64,000 nt of DNA from Harriotta raleighana (Eukaryota), in the NCBI GenBank assembly GCA_050575255.1, contig JBNZDD010013702.1:93696-157695 (forward strand), written 5' to 3'. Made by a program: the position numbers and the translations under genes. Below are positions 23,001 to 36,652 of this stretch, piece after piece; position 1 is the first letter of the stretch, and each line of letters starts with the position of its first letter. The notes beneath the pieces were generated by a model. It was not told the origin of the DNA and did no database searches. It saw nothing but the letters and a program-made list of their open reading frames with translations.

Positions 23001-26000
23001 TTTATTTGACTTGGATACTGCGTTCGCCTAATCACGTCTTTCTAAAGAGGCTCCAGTTTATTGTGGGCCCTGGGATTTCACAGCAAATTTCTCTTCTTGA
23101 TGCAGATGTGTATCCCGCTGCTTCTTCAAGATAAAACCAACCTGGTGGAAGCTTACGTGGCTGATTATCCAGACTTGCAGCGACAGCTAGTGCAGACCCT
23201 CGATGCATGGTGTGATTCAGCCGTTAACATCAGAGACATCAGAAGGTATAATCCTATTCTGCCAGAATATACATCAGCAAGTATAACTGGTGTCCTCGAT
23301 AAGGCAAGCCTCCGTACAGATATATTATTTATTACTTCCCAATATAAATTATAAATTGTTGCAGAGCAGATTTAAATCAATGTACCATTTTGATGTGAGC
23401 CAAATTAGCTGTCACCTTCTTGTGCAAAATACACAGTTTACTACACTTTCCAGTAAATCCTGAGAGGCGCTTTGACACTTTTCAACGCTTTGACACTTTT
23501 CAACGTGATAAGGCGCTACGTCAAATACAGTATAAGGTTACATTCCATTCACTAACGTGCAGCACATTGGTGAACACAGGGTTCAAAGCTGCTCTTGATT
23601 CTCGCACAGGAGTCAAGGGAAATCTTTCAGGGAAAGAAAATGGTAAGAATAATAATAATAATCCTTGCATTTGATATAGCGCTTTTCACATCTAGACATT
23701 TCAGAGCGCTTCACGGAATATAGTGTAAAATGGTAATATTGTCCACTGAGCTAAAGCTTTTCCGCATTCTTTGTTTGAATGGGATTTTCCATTGTCTTCA
23801 GTCCCGGAGTGTAGTTTTGCTCCTGGAGTTGTTACTCTGTATTTTTTATGAAGTAAAGTTGCATTTCTGATTGACAAACACAAAGCCCCTTCACGCGGAG
23901 AGCTGCCCTTTGTTGATAACAAAGACAAGACCAGCCTTTCCTGTAGTCCGTGTATGGCAGCCAGGATAAAGAAAGCCTCCCTTTGATCCCAGTGTAACTG
24001 ATGCCCGAGACTTTGTTCAAAGAAACCAGTTGAGTTAGTGCTAACACAATTAGCTCATTTGTCCAGAAACCTATTTGTGCAAATTTGCACCGAATTAAAC
24101 AGTGCAGTGTAAACATGGGAACCAGCTAAACTCCACCAAGAACACTTTGTTATTTTTAAATGGTTTATTTCACCTTGGATATGCCACGTTCATAATAAAT
24201 AGTATATTGTCAATAATAATCCTTGCATTTGATACAGCGTCTTATCAGGTCATTGAGAAGTCAAAAGCGCATCGCAGGATATACTGCAAAAGGCGATTGA
24301 CTGTATTTTGTGGGTGAAACACAGGAGCCAATTGCGTGGAGCAGTGTCCCACAAACAGTCGTGGATTGAATATTATGTGCAGGGACTATAGTGTATTTAT
24401 TGCCGAACCTATCAGACAACTGCACACAACAATTTCCTACAAACTGTCAAAAGGTGAATGATTCATTTTTGTTTTGGAGCATTTCTGAAACGCCCTTCTG
24501 TTTCGGAATAGTGTGATGATTGGTTTAATGCCCACTTCAATTCTGGCACTCGGCACCTTGAGTTTTAACATCTCATTCAAAGGACAGCACCTCTGGCAAT
24601 GCAGGCTCCCTCCCTCTCAACACAACACTAGTGTTCTGACGAGTGTTAATTCATGTAATGCCTATCCGCGTATAAACTAGAGTAAAGCTTTCGAAACATC
24701 TTTATTCTAATTCCATTCTGGAATGAACTGCCTGAAAGGGTGGTGGAAACAGATTCAATAAGAACCTTTCAAAGGGGAAGGATATGGGGAAAGAGTGGAG
24801 GGGGGGAAATAGTGGGACTGATTGGGTGGCTCTTCCAAAGCGCAGGCACGATGGGCCAAATGGCCTCCTTCTGTGCTGTAAGATTCTATGGTTCCAACAT
24901 CGTTTGAATCAATAAATCATTTTGAACCCTGTGGTACAGAACTACAGTGAGATTGTAATCTTCAGAACACAATCTCAGCAATGTAACTGAACACAGGGCA
25001 CAAAGCAACAACTCCTTGGAGCAGTCACATCCAAAGCTATTGCTTCACGTGATTTATTTCCCGAGGTTAATCCTTTAACACATGCACTTTCACATTGAAG
25101 CCCTGATAGCATTAGGATGAAATATGTACCCTGGACATTGCTTGGTTTGAACAATGATTTCTTAATAAAAAGCTGGAGCCTGGAGACAGATAAAATCTCT
25201 GCTCAGTGCAATCCTGATACAACATTTTCTGCGCTATCACCAATTCTGGGCTACAGTTTCTAAACCATGAAAAAATAAGTCACTAAAATAATAAATAATT
25301 CAGTCACTTCAATCCACGACTGTTTGTGGAACACTGCTGTTTGAAAATAGAAACACAAAATATATAGTTAATTCACTTTACAGTATATTCTATAAAGCAC
25401 TTTGAGGTGGGATAAGGCGCTATATCAAAGGCAAGGATTATTGTTATTATTATGAGGATGATGTAGACATTTTACAGACATTTTTTGCATTCTTTACATA
25501 CCGTTCAGGTATCCTCTGCTTCTACGCAAAAGATATAATAGGGACTTTGGAGAAGTGAGAACAAAAACAACTTGTGTTTGTTTTGTGCCCTTCACATGGG
25601 AAAGAATCTCAGAGCTTAGTTTGACAGAGTGTGGCCAGCTCCTATTTTATCCTGCAGTAAAAGAATATCATTGCATTTGACATAGCGCTTTTCACATCAG
25701 TGGGACATTGTGCAGTACCTGGGTGTAATTCCAGGCAGGCAAAATCTTGGGCAAGTTTCCTCACTCCACACGTCTGATAATAATCCCTCACAAAAAAACA
25801 AGAATAAATTGGTCATTTCAATCCACGACTGTTTGTGGGACACTGCTGTGCGCAAGTGGCTGCCATATTTCGCCCACAAACATACAATCAATTCACTTTA
25901 CAGAATATTCTGTGAAGCACTTTGAAATGTCTAGAAAACGTGAAAAACTCTGCATCAAGTGCAAGGATTATTATTGTTAGTATTATCTGAAACGCTTCAC

Positions 26001-29000
26001 AGGATATACTGTAAAGTGTAGTGCTGTGTATTTATAGGTTGACCCAGCAGCCAATTTGCCTACAGCAAGGTCACACAAACAGTCACAAAGTGAATGACCA
26101 TAATTTTTTTTCAAATCTGGGGCATTGTTGGGCAGGACACCGGGAGAAACTCCCTTCTATTTTCAAACAGCAGCCTGGGAAGGAACTGTGCAATAATGGT
26201 GCTGTTTACCGATTCTTTTCTTCTAGGCGTTACGAAAGGGTGGTACATGTGAGATGGGAAAAAATGAACCGCAAAGTCTTAAGCAAACTGGTGTTCAGAT
26301 TGTTGGAGCTCTATGGCCTCGATCCAGGTAGGAGTGGCAGACACTGGCCAAGTGAATGAATTTTGTGAGCTAATAAACACTGTATTTTAGTGAATGATTA
26401 TAACAGTATATGTGAAAGTAAGTCATTTCTGCTAATCCTGTACAGTGTGTGTATATGGTCTACTTGTTGCAGGCCCTACATTTATCAATTATCCACACTT
26501 CCTCTTCACGTGCAGTTGCAACAGTCACTCATTCATAGAAGAAGGTCCTTTGACCCAATTGATGACATCCTTTCGAAATACCTCAACTCCCAGCACAACA
26601 TCAAGTTGTTTTGTTAAATATGTTCATCTTCCGCCCTTCCTGGTAACCCCACCCCAGTCGTGAATTACTCTCTGGGTAAAGAAATACTTCCTGGTGGCTG
26701 TCCTCAAAATGTCCATCAAACCCTGACCCTGTATCCTCTTGTTCTGCTGCTGCCTTGATTTATCTGGTGTGGGCTTTCTATTCTCAATCTCATTTAAGAT
26801 AGTCATCGGAGAGAACTAGCACTGGTTGATCTCAAAACACCTCATGTTTAGAAAAGACACATTGCGCAGGATGTTTGGGTTTGAACTGCAGCTCGGGATA
26901 GGCTGGAGGTGAGGGTAATACAGTGCTAAACAGGCTGCTTGGGGATTGGAGCATTACCCGTGAACATAGCCACACCTTCACCAGTTCCCCAGGAATCATC
27001 TGACAGTCACTAACCCTTTGCACAGACCCACATCGGCCTTATAGTCACTTGCACGTGTGAAGCTGCCAGGGTTGGGAGTGGTACCGTTATGGGAGGCCGT
27101 GCTTTGAGGCATCGCTCTATGCTATTCAGATCTGCAGCCTGTCAAGAATCTTTACCCCACTCCGCACCTGCTCATTTTGCAATGGAATCAGCACTCTGTT
27201 TGATATAATGCCTTATTACATTGTCCAGACGTTTCACAGATGCTCGCAGCCCTTCGGGGAGCCAGTCTCTCCCGCCACCGACCACACATTATCTACAGTA
27301 CAGGCGAGGTTTACTTTTGCTGCGCAGTGTGATAGGTGTCACAGTACAAAGCTTGAGCAGCAGAGGGCAGGTGAGGAACATTCAGGGAACAGGTTTATTA
27401 AAGAGAATCTCAAGGTGCCTGTAAAAAGCACGGCTGTGGGCTGCACGTGATCCCACAGCAGTCTTTTGAACGCAGTTCCCGAAGGTATTTGTGTTGGAAG
27501 CGTGAGCGAGTGCCAGAGGCAGACTCTCTGGACGGTTGCGTGTCTGGGAGACGGTGTGGAATGTTTCCCACATAGACAGCTCTTCCCAGTAACAGCTGCA
27601 GCAGCAGCAGCAACAATTCATAGAAATCCTCCCATTTCGTTTTGTATCCACGACGGGGATTATCGTGGGTCCACTTCAAACGGGGCGCTTTAATAAGACA
27701 TGCGGAAATGTATCCCTGACCGCCATGAGTATCTCTCTGACCACACAGAGTAGCGTCTCCCCCACACACATCACTGGCACATGTTTCCAGTTACCAGAAA
27801 GAGATCCTGTTTGAAGTTGTTGCTTTCTTTGACTCACGACTCACCATCCTTTTAACGTAAGGCTGAATGGAAAGTCTTGAAAGAATAAGTCAGGATAAAA
27901 CACAGCCGTGACTCACTGAGGTTTTCTTTCAAGCTGCAAAACCAGAGAATATTTGAATAAAAATACGAGGGTCTTGTTTTCTTGCTTCCCCAGCCATCTG
28001 CCCAAATGTAGTAAATCAGCGGTACCTGGCATCTGTCAAATATCTCCTACACAAAAGGTTTGTGGAGGTGAGTCCAGTTCACTTTGTGTTTTAGTGACCT
28101 AGATTGCAGCATAAAGTGGATTAATGGCAGGTTACATCGGCCTTAAACTAATGTGGGGTCTTGTTCCTCTGGATTTCCTGGTACTGTTCATTGGATAGGG
28201 TGAGAGGAGAGGGCAGGGTGGGAGCAGCGGGTGTAAAGGACAGCAGCAGATCTTGCCCTTTTGACAGTGAGGGGGTGTCCATGAGTCTGTTAAATTCATT
28301 TTCTTCTTCTCCACACAGAAGAGTATGTCCGAAGAAAATTGGTCGGAACATATCCAGGTCTGTTAAGTCACTCTTCTCATTTGTTCATTGTGTTTTTTGG
28401 GGGTTCATTTGAAGAAGCTTCAGTTGGAGCAAAGTGTGAGATGGCTGTAGACCACTTTTGCCCACAAAATATACAGTCAATTCACTTTGCAGTATATTCT
28501 GTGAAGCTCTGAGACGTCTCAACGACATAACGAGATGCGATAACAAATGCAAGGGTTATTATTATGGTATCTGACTCCTTTACGAAATGGCTTGATTCTA
28601 TAATAATTAATCATAGTAATCAATAATGACACATATATTTAATATTGCACCTTATTATATTGTTGAGACTGGCCTGCTCCATGACCCCCGCCCTGCCCAC
28701 TCCACCATCGACGGTCACAAGCACTGAAACGCAAGATGTACTGTAAAGTGTAGTGATTGTTTATTTTAGAAGCAAATGTGGCACGAACAGCGATGAGGTG
28801 CGAGGCCAATTTTACCAGGAGGATTGTTGGCCTTAACACTGAGAGGAAACACTCTTTCTATTTTTGAATAGTGCCAGGGAATGATTAACATTTGAAGAGG
28901 CAGATTGGACAATGAAGTACAGACCCCCAGCACTACACTGGACTGTCAGCCTCTCCAAGACTAGGATTTCTACGGCTTCAATTCCCAAACTTCTTTCTCA

Positions 29001-32000
29001 GAGGCAAAAATGCTACCAACCGAGCCAGGCTCACACACTAATGGGGCCAAAGGGCACCTGAAAGCCTCTTAGGACCTTGTGGTTTTGGCTACCTTTGTCA
29101 CTTCATTAATAGAGAGCAGAGAATGCACTCGAACCAGTTCAGAACAACTGCATTTCCAGCTGTGCCCTGTATCCAGCTGCCAACAGCCTTAAGACGGTGG
29201 ATCCATACCAATTACAGTCTCCAGTGGCGTGAGATCCAGTCTCGATTAACCAGCCCAGTGTGCGAACTCCGCAAGCTTTTACACAGAATAACTCACTCTT
29301 GAGAAGAAAAGCAACTAATTTGAAGTGTTTTCCACGCACAAGGCTTAAAACCAAATAACAAGGTGTCGATTAACCATCGGGGGGAAAAGCCGATTGAGTT
29401 AGTTGGCCGGAGAGCATCTGAAATGCAAGTCCCATAAATCCTGATGTTAGGATTCCTATTGTGTTCTTTGCCAGGATTTCCCCTGTGCTATTTCTAAGAT
29501 GACGCACCAACGTTGACAGACAATGCTGGACAAAGTGGACGCTCACACGGGTTTGGATGCCTCAACCTTACCCACTCCCATGTGAGGTGTAGCCTGAGTT
29601 CCAAGCTGGGCAAGCAGCAGGAACCTTGTCCATTGATCTCAATGAACACTCAAGGATACACAAGCCTTGACCAACTCGCACTTAATCTTTCTGGGATTAA
29701 GTGGTGCAAGCCCTTGTATTTAAGGCACAGAAATTGCAATGGGGTGGAGTGGGCACGGCGGAGGCAGGGGGGACCAGGCCGGTGCCCGCCCAGCAGAGGG
29801 AGGCAGACAGGTTGACATGGTGTAAAAATGTGGCCGAGCCCGACTGAAAAGGGCTTTAGAAATAAATCCCAACGGTGGGAGTGACATGAGACCTTCTCAA
29901 AGGTAACCTTCACTCTGGGTTTCCTCCACTTCCTACGGGAAGCGTCTGGTCTACACTTGGCACCGTCCCGTGGCAAGCTCGGCTGGGATCGATGCTGTTT
30001 GTTTTTTTAAAAACAGCACTCGCTGCCTCCCTCACACAGTGTTTGGTGCACAAACATTGCACAACCCTTAATGACCGAGAGAATGTTTTGTTGCTGGGAT
30101 CACAAGGTCCTCGGGTCTCCAGAGTTGGCTTAATCCTGGATCGGTAAATGCTGCTGGTGATCAGCAGTCTGGGCAGTGTCTGCACTTTGCTCTGGGAAAA
30201 CAACTGAACCGCAAAACAAGAGTAGAAAAGATCTCCCTCCCTCCCTCTCACCCCATTCCCTCCCCAACCACTGACCCTGACTTCCTGACTTCTCAACCCT
30301 CCCCTCTCCGCAACCCGGCAAAAAATAGAGGAGACATGAGTCAGTGCAATGGTACACACAAGGAAGTAATTCTGTACCAAGTTCTTCACATAAATGGACC
30401 AATTTGTTTTGATAATGAATAGGTACAAGTTAAGGAATGGGTGAGAAACACAACATCTAAAATAGACACATCTGGACATAGACACATTGTAATAAGGCCT
30501 GTGATAAGGCACTATATCAAATGCAAGGATTACTATTATTATCTTGGGATGAGCTTTACCTAAACCATGTAATAGGCGTTAATACGTGTGTGTACAATAT
30601 GTCTATTCATCTCTCTCTCTGTTCAAGTGTTCTCTTAAATACATTAATGCTACTTTCTCTGTGCATATCTGAGTGTTTCTATGTGCTGTATGAGATATGT
30701 ACATTTCTCTCTTTCTCTATGTCCATACTGTATGTGTATGTATGTATGTGGGTGTGTGTATTGTCTTCTCTCTCACTTTGCATATGTAATGCAATAAAGA
30801 AGCCTTGCATTTGATATAGTGTCTTATCGCATTGTTTAAATGTCTCAAAGGACCTCAGGGTATAATGTAAAGTGTGTATTTGTAAGGAAATTTGTATGGT
30901 AATTATAGCTTATATCCATCTCCTCTTTGTTTCTGTGTAGGTTGTGTGAATCCTTCAAGTGTATCTCTGTCTGTGTCTCTGTCTGCATGTCTTTGTGTGG
31001 CTGAATCTCCCTTGCTATCTATGTATGTGTGTGTGTGCGTGCCTGTGTTTACATGTCTCGTATAATATAACAGCAGAAATTGGTTACCTGTAATGATAAA
31101 AGTTGGAAGCATTTCAGTGAACTAGAAAAATGTAGTTGAGGGCACTGAGTGCATGGAGAGAAACAAGCCGAAACCTGTTCTTTTTTGAAATACTTCAGCT
31201 ACAGTACTGCCAGCCGCCCAGGACCCCTCGAGTCAGAAACGTTTTGTTCCCTCACAAAACTATGTGTGGTTCATCTGAGAAAAGGCTTCCTACAGGTATC
31301 ATATCAAAGGCTAAAACAAGTTGCTAGAATTCAAGGGCAGGACGGAGCTAATTACTGAACGCTAGCGTTCTGGAAGCCAAGTGTAAAGCTGCTATTCAGT
31401 TTGATTTTGTGTTTGTTACTGAGCTGGCAATTGTAGCTCCCTGTAATGATAAAAGTTGGAAGTATTTCTCGCAGAGAGCGCTGCGAGAAAGCTCCCTTTG
31501 AAGTAAGCACCCTTTGAGAGCAGAGCAAAATTCCAGATGCAACACTGAAAAAAGGCCGTTCGAATGATTGCACCCCACAACAGCCCCTCGTCTCTCCTAT
31601 TCCCTCTCCTCGCTTCTCCTTTTCCCTCTCCTTTCCTCACTTCTCCTCTATTCCTTTCAACCACAAGTGTTCTCTTAAATAAGTTAAAGCTATTTTCTTA
31701 AACCACATTCTCTCACTCCTCACCTCCCCGCCTCCCCATCTGAGTCTGGGTTTGTCTCTTGTGTGTTTACACGTAAGGCTGTCCTTTCATGCCTTATCTG
31801 TTCAAAGATAACAGCCACGTAAAACCCCTTCCCCATGCATGGCCCCTTCCCGGTCTGACCCTAATCCTTGAAAAGTTCTCTGTGAGATTATCCAGTGAGA
31901 TGGATGCTGTGTTGGCCGGTCTCTTATCAGTGCGGAGAAACAACTCTCTTCTGAATGCGGGAAAAAAAATACCATGAAACAAAACTGCTTCCAATTCCAC

Positions 32001-35000
32001 AACCATTGGGTAGAATTGCATCAACCCCTGTGCAGTTAAGTGCATTGGAGTGGAGGGTGTGGACTGAACCATCATCAACAACAACTTGAAAGGTCCCCAT
32101 CTCAAAAGCAGCATCTCAGAGCGCTTAACAGTGGCGGTACCTGACTAGCAAGTAATGAAAGCATTGAAGTTGAATCTCCTGATCTAACCTGAAACTTTGG
32201 CAAAGCTATTCTCTGTGCCGGAGGTGATCCATCCACTGTACAAAACACCTATGGAATAACAGCCCCAACTAGAACTCTAATCCCCTGTTGAATAGAAAGT
32301 TGTGTTGGGGCATTTTCTCTCCTGTTTTCATATAGATCAAGTTACTGAAATGAGTGTTTAAACTGACTGGTTTTGTCTTGCCATCCGGATTAAAGGAAAC
32401 GTATTTCTCACAAGACGGGTTCGTTGGGATTGGCGAGGAAGAATGGGAGAAAATTTCAAAGGCCCCCCCCTCGCTCTTAACTCTGTAGCATTCAGTGTTA
32501 AAGGTTCACGTATCATTGTGTCAGCAAGTGTGGGTTTGCGTGTGAGGGGATGGGGGGAGGGCGGGAGGTTGGAGGGAGAAAACAGCAAAAGGTGGACTAG
32601 CATCCAAAGGGTTAACCCCCGAGAGGCCAGCTCTTACGTATTAATTAACCTTAAAAAATGTCCAAATTGACCGCTAAACGGAAAGGATTAGGGAGCAATT
32701 CGTAAAGAGGTTCTGTCGTCAATTGAGGGGAAAACGAGTTATGGACGGATGGATGGACGTCAGGTCTTGTAGCTCGGGATTCCTGTACAAAAGCCTGAAG
32801 CTGGTTACAGACCTGTTTTCTGGGCCACACCACAGAGGTTTGTCTGGGGCTATTTATCAAAACTTCTGTCTCGAGGAATTGCAGGAATGAGCATGGCCTG
32901 CCCCTGGCAGCATTCCACGCATTCAGACTGTGTTTGTACTTGCACAGTCTCAGGAGAGTCTTGTGGGAGAAAACAAAACTGGTGTGGGAACTAATTGAAA
33001 ACGCCAATCTGTGTCAAACCAGGATCGACCGATTTGTAGTGCTGCTGATGCACTGATAAGAATAATAATACTTACAATAATAATAATAATGACACGGTGT
33101 CAAAATATCTCAAAGCACTTCACAAGGTTTTCTGCACGGACTGCGTATTTGTAGGCCAACAAGGCTGCCAATTAGCCTCAGCAGAGCCCCGCAAACAGCA
33201 ATCGTATCTGGCCGGGAGACACTCTCTTGTCTTTTCCAATAGCATCTGCTCCAATAATGTCTCCGGCCCAGCCCACCTCACCATCAGCAGTCAGAGCTTC
33301 AGCCTTTCTGCCCTCATCCTCTGGAACTTCATCCCACAATCCCTTTGCCTCACTCGCTTCCTTGCTTTCCAGGCCAGTCTTATGGTCTTCCTCTTAAACA
33401 GAGTCTTTGGTCACTCTCTTACCTCCACCTTCCCTGCCCTCCAATCTTCCTGATCCCAACCCCCAGCTCAGGGGTTGCAAATGCTGGACTGTCCGGGACC
33501 TTTAGACGTTCTCACGACTTGCAAGGCGCTATACAGATGTACCTTCTTGTTTTTGTGGGGGGGTCAGAGGATCATTAGAAAATGGGCGGATAGGGCCTTG
33601 ATTGAAATGTGCTGCAAGTAATGCAATGCATCAAATGCATTGCGCCAGGACTTCCCAGAATATCCCAGTTGCATTTGAAAGAATTTCTGCCATAAGTGGT
33701 TATAGTAAAACAACAATAAAATGACACTTGTGTAGCGACTTTCATGACAGGAGGACATCCCAAGGCGCTGGACAGTCAATGTTTCAGACCTGAGCTGGGG
33801 ACAGGGAGGGTGGACGGAAAGGGAGGGATTTGAAGTGGCCAATGGGGCCGTCGAAGAGGAGGGTCTTGAGGCGGAACTTGAAGGAGGAAAGGTGTTCCTC
33901 TCGGTGTTGTTATTAGTAATTGAAGCGCTCTAAGACGCCGTCTGGCCTGGCAAGCGCTATATAATGTTGTTGTTGTTGTAATCCCCCAGATAAAATTGGT
34001 CACTCACTTTGTGGCTATTTGTGAGACATTACTGCCCGGTTTGCCCCAAATCTCTGAAAAATATTCTTCTTTTTCTGACGTTTGTCTTATTCCTTTTTAC
34101 AAATTTCTGGTAGAGCGCCAATGTTGAATGGTAGCTCAGCTCCCATTACTGAACACAAATTACAGCTAATAATGTCTTAACTTATTTATGTGATGTGTTC
34201 CATGTATGTAACTGGCACGATTCAGCGCTGGGCTGATACCAAACACAATGCTTTGAGTAAGGTTTTGCAAGTACATGTCAGCACTTGACAATGAATCCAG
34301 ATGAATGTTTATCTTGGTATTACCTTCACAATAATAATAATCTTTGCGTTTGATGCAGTGCCTTATCGTGTAATTAAAATGCGTCAAAACAAATCATGGG
34401 ATTTACTGTGTAGTGTAATGACTATATTTGCATGGCCTATAATGTGGGCAAACGTGGCAGCCAACTTAGTACAGCTATGTTGGCTAAACAGTGGCCAATT
34501 GTATCTAGACGATAGATGCTCAGTACATCGGGGTAAAAAAAACTCTTCATATCCACAGAAGGTGAGTCTGGATTGACAAGCCAGGTTACCTAGACAGCAT
34601 TGGGGTCTTGTAAACCTGTTTAAGTGGTTAAGAGCCAGATTGATAGATGTGCTCACTGTCAATTCCAATGGAATAAAGTCAACAGTGATTGTTTTCGCTC
34701 ATTGAAAGAGTCCCCGATGTGCTGCCAATGGACCATTCTGTTGCCATTGCTTAGCTCGTAATCTTTCTCGCGTGAAAAATTATTAATGAGCCAGAAAACA
34801 CAGCAAACTGCACACTAGCCAAGCGTGACCGTCCATGCTTCTAATATGAGGTACAAGCTACACATGCACACTAAATAATGATGTGCCCATATACATACAC
34901 ATACACACACTGAAAGGTTCTGTAGACATACAGAACTCCAGCCCTCACACAGACTGCAATACACTGATGTGCCCATACACATAGACTTGTTTGAGCACAT

Positions 35001-36619
35001 GATGGCGAGGGCATTCCTTTATCTTCTAACGTTTATACTTTTCAGGCCACAATAGGGCAGAACCGCTGGTTACAGGAGCAGCTTGTCAGCCTGCTGATGA
35101 GGTACACAGACCTGGACACAGTGGCTCGCTGGGCCTTGCAGTTCAACGTCCCCCGAGAGAACCTGTCCTACAGCGTGGGCAAGCGGCTGAAGGAGCTGGA
35201 GAAAAATAATGTGTGAGTGATCGTGTCTCGGTTTTCCTGCTAAGGTGCTCCAAAGCTGACTTCCCTCCCTCCCAGTTTACACAGATGATCAGATTGGAGA
35301 TGGTGGAGGTTGGGTTGGGGGGGTTCACTGCAGTGCTACGAGGGAACGTGGGTGTTAAGAGAGGACTAAAGATGTGAAGGATCTTTGGAAGGTTGTATAA
35401 ACGTATTGATCGGGTTGTGAGGTCCCAGTAGTAGTGGTTCTCACACCACCCATCTGCTGGGATTTCGACTCACAGCCTTGGGGTCAGGTTCACACTCAAG
35501 TCGGACTCCTATTGATAAGCTGTTAAAACAGGAACTTCGATTACTTCAGATCTGCTGAGCACTGCTCAGCCGCAAAGGTTGGCTGGCAGAGACGCTCACT
35601 GGGAGAGCCTCACTCACACCTCACCTCTTGTTTGAGGGTTGAACGTTGGAAGTGCTTGTTTGTCGTTGTAGGACCGGTCCGGACAGCGGTGAGGCCGTGG
35701 AGTCCTGGCAACTGACTGAGAGCAGGAGACGCTGGTTTTACCAGCTGCCCATCCCCACAGCCAACATTCACTTTGTGTGCAGCCTGGACCAGCTGAGGAG
35801 CTGTGCACCTTCTCTACTAAAGGTCAGTCATGCACGCCAGCGGCAAGCTCCATCCTGTCCTCTGATTAACGCAAAATATATCCTGGCAAATGCCACATGT
35901 TTGCAAATGTTACAGAGACGGGGATATTACAGGGACTGTTGGACAGGGAGTCGTATACAATGTGATTTGTGTGGCAGATATTACGATGTGTGTGGGGGTT
36001 CTATATGTGTGTGTATGGGCACATCAGTGTGTAACTGTGTGTATGTGTGTTTTGGGGTATGTGTTCTGTATGTGGATGTTGAGTACTTCAGAACCTTTCT
36101 GTGTGTATATATATATAGCACATCACTGTATTAGTGTGCATATGCATAGCTTGTTTCTCATATTAGAAGCATGGGTGGTTATGTGTGCAGGTTACTGAGG
36201 TTCCCTGGCTGATTAATAAATGTTACTGTGGGGTTGGGTGTCCTTACCTGCAGGCTGGTGCTGTCCTCGGGATCGACATGGAGTGGAGGCCGACGTTTGG
36301 AGTCCTTATGAAATCGCGAGTGTCCATAATGCAGGTTGCTTTGAGAGACCGCGTGTACCTGATGGACATCCCGCAGCTCGTCAACCAGGCTGAGACCGAG
36401 GGCCGCCAAGCTGAGCTCATCCACTTCATACACACGCTGTTCACTGATCCAACAATAACTAAGCTAGGTATGTGGGAACCAATCGTCACACCCCCACCAC
36501 CCCTCATTATATTTTTATGCCTAGTGGTTAGAGCAATTGCCTTACAAGTGCGAGACCTGGGTTCCATTCCCGGCTGGTCAGGGTGAAGCCTTTGGCAAGT
36601 TTCCTTACTTCACACCCAC

Positions 36620-36652
<33 letters not shown>

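Noticed and set aside
23469-23505. 18-bp tandem duplication gctttgacacttttcaac
   Set aside because: Ordinary slippage duplication inside a SINE tail.
29910-30512. 200-aa minus-strand ORF
   Set aside because: It starts in a SINE tail and crosses low-complexity sequence; no homology recognised.
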